Of a DNA stretch of 64,000 bases, positions 9,102-18,043 are shown in pieces (within the stretch, counting starts at the first letter, position 1; every line of letters starts with the position of its first letter). A model generated the notes under the pieces. It saw only the letters and a program-made list of their open reading frames with translations. It was not told the origin of the DNA and ran no database searches. Source of the stretch: an uncultured Alphaproteobacteria bacterium. GTDB lineage: Bacteria > Pseudomonadota > Alphaproteobacteria > Rhizobiales > Aestuariivirgaceae. The stretch spans positions 8,590 through 72,589 of the forward strand of contig CAVYAB010000033.1 of NCBI GenBank assembly GCA_963766425.1. Direction: 5' to 3'. The translations under genes were made by a program, and so were the position numbers.

Positions 9102-10100
9102 CTAGGCTGAAATGCCACCCAGCCGCTTCATTATCGAGGATGCGTCATCGTAAATCTCATGTAGGATTGCAGCTGCGGGTTGAAGCTTCTTTACCAATCC
9201 CACACCTTGGCCAGCCCACATCGATAAGGATTCAATATCACCCTCAACGTCGGTACCCGGCGTAAGGCAACGATATCGGAGAATTTCGCCGAGTGACTTT
9301 GAACGGGCCACAATCTCACCCTCTCCGGGGCGTTTACCAGCATCGGGCCTTCCAGCCGCCTCCCAATCGGTTACGATCTTGTTACGGAGCACACGGTGAG
9401 GTGCATCAGGCCAATTAATATCGAATAGATTCTGTAAATGGACGGTATCACTCTCGCACGCCTTGAATAATCGGTCGCGGTAATGCGGATGAATGGTTGC
9501 CTCCTCGCTTGCAAGAAACCGTGTGCCAATCCAAGCTCCAGAAGCACCCAGTGCGAGTACAGCAGCAAGCCCCCGTCCATCGGCAATGCCACCGGCAGCC
9601 ACAACGGGAACAGGTGTAACCGCGTCTACAACGGCTGGTACAAGCGCCATGGTTGCGATAGTTCCCCATACATGGCCGCCTGCCTCCCATCCTTGAGCGA
9701 CGACAATATCCACACCATGCCGGACTGCAACTTTGGCTTCTTCAGCAGATCCCACTGTTTGCATGACCATTGCTCCGCCCGTCTTTGCACGGGCAACTAA
9801 ATCTCCGGGATCGCCCCAGAAAAACGAGATCACGGGCGCCCGCTCTTGCAGGCAAGCTTCCAGCCGTTCCTCCTGTGGGAAATCCAGATTTAGATTTACC
9901 GCGAACGGCTTATCAGTCAGGGATTTCACTTCTTGAATCTGGCTGCGGAGCGTTTCGATATCGGCACGCCACAATGGGATGGTTCCAAGCCCGCCTGCAT
10001 TACAAACCGCAGCCGTCAATTTTGGCCCAACCGCAATGCCCATCGGAGCCAGAACAATTGGAATGTTGATGCCCAAAAGATCGCATAGTGCAGTTTTCAT
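9102..10100 (-). CDS. Nitronate monooxygenase family protein
   Basis: PIVLAPMG, QGWEAGGH, VAAGGIADGRG, GTRFLASEEA; start taken at MKTALC. Confidence 0.9.
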   Translation of the reverse strand: MKTALCDLLGINIPIVLAPMGIAVGPKLTAAVCNAGGLGTIPLWRADIETLRSQIQEVKSLTDKPFAVNLNLDFPQEERLEACLQERAPVISFFWGDPGDLVARAKTGGAMVMQTVGSAEEAKVAVRHGVDIVVAQGWEAGGHVWGTIATMALVPAVVDAVTPVPVVAAGGIADGRGLAAVLALGASGAWIGTRFLASEEATIHPHYRDRLFKACESDTVHLQNLFDINWPDAPHRVLRNKIVTDWEAAGRPDAGKRPGEGEIVARSKSLGEILRYRCLTPGTDVEGDIESLSMWAGQGVGLVKKLQPAAAILHEIYDDASSIMKRLGGISA

Positions 10101-10191
10101 TGTACCGCTCCCCCTCGTCATGTTGAGGAATTAGGCTACGTGAAAGAGCTCCAGACGGTCAACCAAATCGACATTCGTACACTAGGAACAG

Positions 10192-10299
10192 AATTCCGCT
10201 TTTGGCCCTTCTACGACATGGCAACGGTAGCCGCTAATGGCCGCTTTCGCCTCGGAAGCAGACATACGTGCATGACCTGACTATGTCCGTTTATGAGTT
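10192..10299 (+). repeat. Site cluster A-17-B-17-half A
   Basis: aattccgcttt-tggccc-ttctacgacat (10192-10219); atggccgcttt-cgcctcg-gaagcagacat (10237-10265); atgtccgttta-tgagtt (10283-10299). Confidence 0.8.
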
Positions 10300-10309
10300 C
10301 ACACCCTAG
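10291..10309. mobile_element. Isolated IS5-family-like terminal inverted repeat ending in CTAG
   Basis: ttatgagttcacaccctag resembles, from memory, IS5/IS427-group right ends; no transposase or partner end in window. Confidence 0.4.
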
Positions 10310-10558
10310 TCTTCTTCGGACATCCATTTATGGGCCGCCCAACACCGGCGGCTCGCAAAACAGCTGCGGCCATGGAAAAGCGGTAACCGATGAGGGCCGG
10401 CGGAGGAGGGGGATACGAATTTACGCGCTATCTAACTGTACTGATTATATTGTCTAACTTCATTTCCAGTTTCATCCTGGATCTCGCCCAGGTTTCAGCG
10501 CTTTCGACGGCAATGGTGGTGACGCAACCATACTGGTGCCTTTGGCTCCATGACAGCT

Positions 10559-11470
10559 TTAGGCGATAGCCGCCGCAACCCACGCGAAAACCACGACCGC
10601 ACCGGCAATGCCGGCACATGTCCACTGCAAGCCACGATCAACCGTCCAATCGCGGTCCCACCTTGCAAGCAGCAAACCCGCGGCAATGCCCGATGCAAAG
10701 CCCAACACATGTGCAAGAATGTCAGTATTCTCCCCACTGAAACCCAGAAATGCCAGCAGTGCCAATCCGCCAGCCACTGGCGTCCAGTTGCGAAGTGCTG
10801 AAAATTCAAAATGCTGGCGCCTCGCCAGCCGCAATGCGGCAAGCAGGCCGATGCCTGCAAATATTGCCGTGGAGGCCCCAATCGACGTGTACTCCGGGGC
10901 TCGCGCAAGCGCACTTAGGACATTGCCCGCCGCACCGGCTGCGATCATTGCAAGTGCGGCAACGCCGGCGCCAGTGACTTGCGACAGGAGCATCAGAAAG
11001 ACCGTGCCGAATACAAGATTGCCGAGAAGGTGTGCGCTGCTCTCGTGCAGGCACAGCGCCGTAACCGCGCGCCACCACTCGCCCTTGAGCATTAATCCGG
11101 CCTGAGCCGCGCCTTCGCCGAGCCAGTCGAAAGAAAACGCATTGCGGCGTCCTGCGGCAAAGAAAAACAACAGCACGACCCAGTAGACCATCGCCACCTC
11201 GACGCGGGGCAATGCCGGGCGCAACAAATCCCTCTCCGGCGGGCGCTGGCGGTTCTCGTTATCATAGGCCGCGAGTTCGTCATTGGCCCTTATGGCGTCC
11301 TCATGCGCTACATACAGGGTCGTGAATTTGCCGTCCGGTGCAAGCAACGACTGAATGCCCATGGCCGCCAAGACCAAGGCATACTGTTCCGCTTGGCGAC
11401 GATTGGAGCAACGCCGGACCTCAGTCAGATCGCCTTGCCCGTCTTGATCCACTCCGGCCACCTTCTTCAC
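10559..11470 (-). CDS. Rhomboid family intramembrane serine protease
   Basis: WWRAVTALCLH, HLLGN, catalytic GAST, AHVLGF. Confidence 0.9.
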   Translation of the reverse strand: MKKVAGVDQDGQGDLTEVRRCSNRRQAEQYALVLAAMGIQSLLAPDGKFTTLYVAHEDAIRANDELAAYDNENRQRPPERDLLRPALPRVEVAMVYWVVLLFFFAAGRRNAFSFDWLGEGAAQAGLMLKGEWWRAVTALCLHESSAHLLGNLVFGTVFLMLLSQVTGAGVAALAMIAAGAAGNVLSALARAPEYTSIGASTAIFAGIGLLAALRLARRQHFEFSALRNWTPVAGGLALLAFLGFSGENTDILAHVLGFASGIAAGLLLARWDRDWTVDRGLQWTCAGIAGAVVVFAWVAAAIA

Positions 11471-11681
11471 ATTCCCCTTATACTTGGAGTCGAGATAGGT
11501 TGCTTCACGGGACTAAACAAGGCCGTCCTGCGGGGGATAAGTCGCGTGCTGGCTGCATTCTTCGATCCCCCAAAGCCGACAGTCAGAAGTCGGCGTCGCG
11601 CATCAGCCCTGTCATGTTCACGAGCCGCCATAGATGACGTCGTGAAGGAGATAACGAAGGACGGTGAGGGAAGTGGTGAGA

Positions 11682-11852
11682 ATGGCTAAGGTCATTCCGC
11701 GCAAGACGGCATTCACGCCGTCGAGGGTGCTTTCCTTCTTTGCTGCTGCTGTCGTCACCTTTGTTTCCCCCAAAGATTCAGTGCAGTCCGCCGTCACAAG
11801 GGCGGGCTTGGACTTATTCAAATCCAAATTTGAAGGGTTTGTCGAGGTTTAG
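11682..11852 (+). CDS. Possible small hypothetical protein
   Basis: MAKVIPRK... with a hydrophobic stretch; purine-rich upstream region; no recognised family. Confidence 0.3.
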   Translation: MAKVIPRKTAFTPSRVLSFFAAAVVTFVSPKDSVQSAVTRAGLDLFKSKFEGFVEV

Positions 11853-12075
11853 ACGCAGGGGAACCGTGGAAAACGGTGGATTGGCGGAGGGGGAGACCGC
11901 CAAACCACTGCTCTCCTGCATTCCCAGCGCCATCGTGTCCCAGCCGAAAATCTTCCTCTTGGGCGGCAGGTGCATCGCCGCGCACTATGAAACCGCGGCG
12001 CGCGACTATCTTTTCTCTGTCTGCTTGGCCGTCGTCCTGTATGGTGGGCCTGACTTCGGACCCCTGGTTTCATTG

Positions 12076-12807
12076 ATGCGTTATGTCCTCGTACTCCTGT
12101 TCTCTCTGTTCTCACCTGCCGCCTTCGCGCAGGAATGTGTTGCCCTTTTTCACGGACTGGCGCGGACGGAATCGTCGTTCCTTCTGATGGAAAAGACGTT
12201 GAAGGCTTTTGACTTCCAAGTTGTGAATGAAACCTATCCCTCGACTGATGCTCCGATCGAACAGCTGATCGCCTATGTCGATGCGTCGGTGGCAATGTGC
12301 GGCAAGGCCGGCCAGATCCACTTCGTCACCCATTCCATGGGCGGCATTCTGGTGCGTGCTTGGCTCATGCAGCATCGGCCCGCTAATCTCGGTCGCGTCG
12401 TCATGCTTGCGCCGCCCAACAAGGGTTCGGAAGTAGTTGACGCGTTTGGTGACACGACGATCTTCGAATTCATCAACGGGCCTGCCGGCCGGCAAACCGC
12501 GCCATGGGGCCGGCAGCGTCCGAAGAGTCTAAGGCAGCAAGTTTCGATCTCGGCATCATAGCCGGATGACCGGTCGGCCATGTTCATATCGCTTTCGAAC
12601 CTTGGCAACGGACCGAACGACGGCAAGGTTTCGGTGGAAAGCACAAAACTCGAAGGCATGGACGATCATATTGTCCTGTCAGCGACCCACACTTTCATGA
12701 TGAACAATCCGCTGGTCATCGCGCAGACGATGAATTTCCTTCGTCATGGGCGTTTCGATCACGAGCTGACGCTTCGCGATCTCCTTCGGCGCGATCTCAG
12801 GAACTGA
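12076..12807 (+). CDS. Secreted alpha/beta hydrolase (esterase/lipase), frameshifted around 12490-12580
   Basis: Signal peptide, [14 protein letters not shown] nucleophile elbow, PPNKGS; C-terminal [12 protein letters not shown]...THTFMM in another frame. Confidence 0.75.
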
Positions 12808-12952
12808 AGAAGGACGTTAAAGATAATTTTAGAAGCCCCACGATCCGTGCTTTCGAGCGTTCGCATTCCATCAGGTTAGCAAATTCGAACGCAGTTAGTG
12901 ATAGCCGTAAAGGCAATCTTTATACGTGAAGGGGATAGTAGGCGAACACCCC

Positions 12953-12996
12953 TTGACAATCTATTCCTATTGAGTTCATATGTTCCTGTTTTGTTC
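12953..12996 (+). promoter_or_regulatory. Sigma70-type promoter with alphaproteobacterial LexA box
   Basis: TTGACA 12953-12958, CATAT near 12977, GTTC-ctgtttt-GTTC 12982-12996. Confidence 0.75.
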
Positions 12997-13018
12997 TAAT
13001 GCTGGATAAGGAGATCAC

Positions 13019-13708
13019 GTGGACTTTGACTGGGACTTGGCCATCGAACGCAACAGCGAAGCGCTCAAGGGCATCATTGCAGCCCTGTTCGCCATGCTGG
13101 GGATTGTGGGTGAGGCCACGGTTTCGCGGATTCCACGGTCCCTGCACAGTGCCGTGTTGCATGTGCTGCGGCCCGCCGAATCCGCCATGCGCCGCCTCAT
13201 CATCATCGCGGCGCGGGGCCTTGTGGTGAAGCTGTGCCCGCTCCTCGCGTCCCATGCCGTGCGGGGCCCATCGGGAAGGGCGGCGGAAGCAGGCCTCCCT
13301 CCTTCCAGCTGTTCGATACGCGGAAAAACTTCGCAGTGCTGCGCCAGCACCGCAGAAAGTTCAGGCGCAATCCCCCACGCATCCATTTCTACCCGTATGA
13401 TACCCTGCGGCCAGCGCCCCCTCCCATAGCCGATCCCGCTCCGCCGCCCGATGGCCTCGTCAATGCCGAACGCCTCAGCCGCAGGCTCCAGGCCCTCAAG
13501 CTGGCGCTCGAGGATCTGCCGCGCCAGGCCAGGCGTCTGGCGCGCTGGCGGGTGAGGCGGGAGAACATGCCAAAGTCCGAAGTTCAAATCACCGCTCAGG
13601 CCGGGCCCTCCGCCTGGCCACCGGAGGAAGAAGGTTCACGAAGTCGATGAGGTGCTTGCCGAATGCCATTGGCTCGCCTGGGACGCGATGAGGCCCGATA
13701 CGTCCTGA
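13019..13708 (+). CDS. Conserved-looking hypothetical protein, frameshifted (error or pseudogene)
   Basis: AGGAG RBS + GTG; DWDLAIERNSEALKGII...LRPAESAMRRLII; continues in other frames to ...EVDEVLAECHWLAWDAMRPDTS*. Confidence 0.6.
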
Positions 13709-13859
13709 AGTAAAAAACATCAGTCTACGGATTAATTTAGTTCGACTTACGTCTCTACCACCGGAAACGAAATAACCGTTTTCATCAAGGGCGAAGCTTT
13801 GCCCAACGCTCATTGACATTGTGAATCTGAGTTTAACTTGCGCGCAAAGCGCAATAATT

Positions 13860-13920
13860 CCCCTCCCCCTTGTGGGGAGGGGTTAGAGTTGCGGTGACAG
13901 TGCTGGACTGTCACCACAAC
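13860..13920. repeat. Two adjacent palindromes (REP-like)
   Basis: cccctcccc-cttgt-ggggagggg (13860-13882); gttgcggtgacagt-gctgg-actgtcaccacaac (13888-13920). Confidence 0.6.
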
Positions 13921-14360
13921 TGTATGATTTCTTTTCCCTTGGCCGCGATGGCGAGAACAAGGATATCATGAGCTGGTGACCAGCCCGGGACCCTCGCGTC
14001 GGATTGCAATGGAAATGCGGCCGGCATATTTACCTTAACAATTCATCCTTAATGCGAAATGCCCAGCATTAACCATAGGTTACGCTAGAGAAGCCGCGCC
14101 TTATCCTGTAAACATTTAATCGAAATTATCACTGCTCGGAAATAAATCTCCAAGGTTCTGGGCGGAACTCCAGGCGGGGCGGGCAGGGGCCAGCACCACT
14201 CGTCCGCTCCGCCAGCACTTTTTAGCTGTTTCCCCCGGATCAGGTTCACCGCATCTCCTGATACGAGTGGAAAGGCCGGTCCGGGACGGTTTTGAGTGGC
14301 CTCCTCGATCCGAGTAAACCCGGGCCGGTACGTTTTCTCAATGATGAGCACTCCAAAAGA

Positions 14361-14388
14361 AAAAGGCACCGTCTAAGCGGTGCCTTTT
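14361..14388. terminator. Intrinsic terminator downstream of rpmG (bidirectional shape)
   Basis: aaaaggcaccg-tctaag-cggtgcctttt. Confidence 0.8.
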
Positions 14389-14409
14389 GAATGACTATGG
14401 AACGAAAGA

Positions 14410-14577
14410 TTACTTGATCTTCGTTTCCTTGAATTCCACATGCTTGCGCGCCACCGGATCATATTTCTTGAACGCGAATTTCTCGGTCTTGGTGCGCGAA
14501 TTTTTCTTGGTCACATAAAAATATCCGGTGTCAGCAGTTGACGCCAGCTTGATCTTGATAACATTGCCTTTGGCCAT
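14410..14577 (-). CDS. rpmG: 50S ribosomal protein L33 (not in ORF track, 55 aa)
   Basis: Hand translation: [55 protein letters not shown]. Confidence 0.97.
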   Translation of the reverse strand: MAKGNVIKIKLASTADTGYFYVTKKNSRTKTEKFAFKKYDPVARKHVEFKETKIK

Positions 14578-14612
14578 AATCGTCTCCGAACGGGATTTGA
14601 CGGGGATAGACC

Positions 14613-15311
14613 CTATCCCGCAGGGAAAGTCAAGTTTAGCTGCTCAACCCGCCACGACTTGCCCCGGCTGAAGTGGAACGACACGGGGCAATCCGCCGGC
14701 GGAAGCTTGTTCTGCTCAAGAAAAGGCTGAAGAAGCTGCAAAATATCCCTTGTAATAGAGGGCAGATTGAGCCCCATGGCCTCGACAAGTGTTACCCAGC
14801 TGACCTGCAATAATTCTTCCGTTTCGAGGGGATGCGGCTGGTCAAGATTCGAAACCACGTTGGCATTGGCAACCAGAAAGCGGGAATCAAACCGGCGGCT
14901 CCGCCCCGGAGGAGTTATAGCCCGCGCAATGTAGATCAGCCCGGCAAGGTCGGGCGCGTCGTTGACATTTCTTCGCCCCACCAGCAGCCCGGTTTCCTCA
15001 TAGGTCTCACGAACAGCGGCGACGAGAAGGCCTCGCGCCCGGGAATGGCTGGCCTTGGTTCGCATGCGGAGTTTGAGTTTTTGAATGGTGGCCGGATTGC
15101 CTTCGCTCGCAACCGGCAATCGGCCATCGGCTATCTCCGATCGCCCGCCGGGAAAGACAAACTTGTTCGGCATGAAGGCATGAGCCTCGTGCCGCTGGCC
15201 CATCAGGATTCGCGGAACAGGACCATCAAATCGAATGAGAATGAGCGTTGCCGCATCACGCGGCCCGGTCGTGGCTTTCTTCTTCGTTGGATCCTTCAAA
15301 ACCAAATCCAT
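14613..15311 (-). CDS. NUDIX hydrolase
   Basis: [42 protein letters not shown]. Confidence 0.88.
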   Translation of the reverse strand: MDLVLKDPTKKKATTGPRDAATLILIRFDGPVPRILMGQRHEAHAFMPNKFVFPGGRSEIADGRLPVASEGNPATIQKLKLRMRTKASHSRARGLLVAAVRETYEETGLLVGRRNVNDAPDLAGLIYIARAITPPGRSRRFDSRFLVANANVVSNLDQPHPLETEELLQVSWVTLVEAMGLNLPSITRDILQLLQPFLEQNKLPPADCPVSFHFSRGKSWRVEQLNLTFPAG

Positions 15312-15678
15312 GCATCCCAAGAGCCCATTGCAGGCCGACAACAGCTCCCTTTACGATGGGCATCAGGGCAAATGTCAAGCCGAGTGTCAGGGGCAGCCAA
15401 AGCGCGGCATGGACAAGATAAGATGGCTGCCACACACGCTCCACGATAAACACGAGAGGGACGAGGATATGCCCGACAATAAAAATTGTGAAATAGGGCG
15501 GCGCATCGTCAGCCCGCTGATGATGCAGGGCCTCGCCGCAATGGCCACAGGTGCCGGCAACTTTCATGAATTTTGAAAACAGCGGGCCCCTGCCGCAGCT
15601 CGGGCATTTTCCGCGTGAGCCCCGCAGCATGGCCAGCTTCCATGACCGGTCGGAGAGTTTTACATGCCCTTGTTCCAT
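15256..15678 (-). CDS. DUF983 family membrane protein
   Basis: CPSCGRG...[29 protein letters not shown]. Confidence 0.85.
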   Translation of the reverse strand: MEQGHVKLSDRSWKLAMLRGSRGKCPSCGRGPLFSKFMKVAGTCGHCGEALHHQRADDAPPYFTIFIVGHILVPLVFIVERVWQPSYLVHAALWLPLTLGLTFALMPIVKGAVVGLQWALGMHGFGFEGSNEEESHDRAA

Positions 15679-15750
15679 GGGCTTAAAGTGAGCGCCAAAA
15701 ATGCGTTCGAGAAGGGGGCCACGCGCCGCGCGGCGGCTTGCCGCAAGGTC

Positions 15751-17997
15751 CTATCGTTTCTTCCGGGATTTCGGTGGCTGTTTACCCGGCCGAGCTGATC
15801 GCCCATGGCGTTGTGGCGGCGGTTTGCCCTTACGGCCATCGGAAACCATCTCGAATCGCAAGCCTCCTGAGACGGGAGTTACCTCCAGCAGTTTGACTTC
15901 AACCTGATCGCCAAGCTGATAGGTTTCCCCTGTGCGTTGGCCAATCAAGGAATGCTGCACGTCCGAATACACAAAATAATCCGATCCCAGGCTCGATACC
16001 GGAACAAACCCATCTGCTCCTGTATCATTCAACTTGATAAACAATCCGGCACCTACCACGCCACCAATGCGCCCTCTGAAATGTGCTCCCGTTTGGCCGG
16101 CCGAGATGGGCCGCAATCAAGCGATCGGTGGTCTCGCGCTCAGCCGCCATGGCGCGCCGTTCCGCATCGGAAATCATGTCGGCCGTTTCACTGAGCCGAG
16201 AAATATCATCCGCCGAAAGGCCATCATCACCAAAGCCCAGGGCGCTCACCAATGCCCGATGCACGATCAAATCCGCATAGCGCCGGATGGGCGAGGTGAA
16301 ATGGCTGTAGCGCCTGAGGGCCAGGCCAAAATGCCCTTTGTTGATTGGTGAATAATTGGCCTGCGCCTGCGTTCGCAAAACCACATCATTCACGAGGTTC
16401 TGGTAGTCCTTTCCCTTCACCTCATTCAGCAATTGATTGAAGTGTTTTGGCTTCATCACCTGGCCAAGGGGCAGGGACAAATCGACAGTCTTCAGGAATT
16501 GCGAAAGGGCACGTACTTTTTCTTCAGAAGGCGGTTCATGCACGCGGTAGAGCTGCGGCGTTTTTTTCGCTTCAAGTTCCTCTGCCGCCGCTGCGTTGGC
16601 CTGGATCATGAACTCTTCAATAAGTTTATGCGCATCCAAGTCGCAAAGGCGTGACAACCCGTGTAACCATGCCCTTGTCATCAAGAACAAGCTTGCGTTC
16701 CGGCAAATCGAGCTCCAAGCGGCTCACGTTTGGCCCGCGCTTTCATCAGGGCGGCATAAGCCCGCCAAAGAGGTTTCAATACGCCCTCAAGCAGGACATC
16801 GGTTTTCGAATTGGAACGGCCATCGATTGCTGCTTGCGCCTCCTCATAGGAAAGCTTGGCCGCCGAGCGCATGATGGCGCGCGCAAAGCGATGCGACTTC
16901 TTCGTGCCGGACTTGTCAAAAATCATGAAGCAGGCGAGCGCCGGACGTTCTTCCTTTTCGCGCAATGAACACAAGTCGTTGGAAATCCGTTCGGGAAGCA
17001 TGGGCACAACACGGTCTGGAAAATAAACCGAGTTGCCACGAAACCGCGCCTCCTTGTCCAGCGCTGATCCCGGCTTCACGTAGGTTGCCACATCGGCAAT
17101 GGCCACGATGGTTTGAAAACCACCCGGATTTGCCGGATCATCATCAAGCGTTGCCCACACCGCATCGTCATGATCCCTTGCATCGGGCGGATCGATTGTA
17201 ATCAAGGGGGTCTTTCGCAAATCCACGCGGCCCGCAGAGCTGAAAGTTTTCAGTGCTTCACTTTCAGCCAGTACACGTTCGGAGAATTGGTTTGGAATGG
17301 CATGATGATGAATGGCGATCAGCGAAATATTGCGCTGGTCGTTCATGTCCCCCAGCCTGCTGCGAACCCGCGCCAGCGGCAGTCCGCGGCCATGGTCCTT
17401 CAGAATTTCCGCTTCAACCAGTTCGCCCTCAAGCGCGCCATTTTCATCGCCGCTGCGGACCTGCAATTCATTGCGGGCTTTCTTGTCGACCGGAATGAGC
17501 CGGGCCCCATGCCCCTTCACCAGGCGATAAACACCGAGCACGCGCTTCGAACGGTCCGATAACCCGCGAATAACTCGGGCCCTGAAATGATAGTGCTGAT
17601 CCGGCGTGGCTTCGATTTTGGCAAGCACCCGGTCGCCCTTGGCCGGAGGGCGAATGCCTTCACCTGGGCGCACCTCAATGAGCACATGGGGCGGCTTGCC
17701 GGCAACGCGCTCGTCCCACTCCACGGGCTCGCCATAGGTCTCGCCATGACGGTCAATACCCGTAACTTCGATGACAGTGACTGGGGGCAGGGTGGAAGTA
17801 TCGATCAGTTTGCGCCGGCTTTTGGCCAGTTTCCCGGATTGCTCAAGCTGGCGCAGCAGCGTCTTGAGGCCGATTTTCTCTGCCCCCCTCAGCCCGAAGG
17901 CCCGCGCGATTTCGCGTTTTCCCACCACCGATGGCGATGCTTGAATGAACTCCAGAAGCGCCGCTTCGCTCGGAAGGCCTTTCCTTGCCTTGATCAT
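15751..17997 (-). CDS. rnr: Ribonuclease R, split by apparent frameshifts (~16715, ~16640, ~16100)
   Basis: ITIDPPDARDHDDA, RGNSVYFPDRVVPMLP, HFTSPIRRYADL, C-terminal S1 domain across three ORFs. Confidence 0.93.
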
Positions 17998-18043
17998 ACC
18001 GTCCGCCTTAGCTCGAAAGTGCGGATTCTGAAAGGGCAAGTCC

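Noticed and set aside
4839-10309. CRISPR interpretation of the 28-bp unit / 17-bp spacer clusters
   Set aside because: Units are too divergent, there are only 2-3 per cluster, spacers are too short, and no cas genes or leader are present.
205-10309. Classical integron attC or XerCD dif sites
   Set aside because: No RYYYAAC...GTTRRRY ends or intI seen, and the arms lack the TTATGTTAAA-type XerD arm; only the geometry is similar.
14085-14369. 94-aa minus-strand ORF downstream of rpmG
   Set aside because: Starts inside the terminator hairpin, has no RBS, and resembles no family I recognise.
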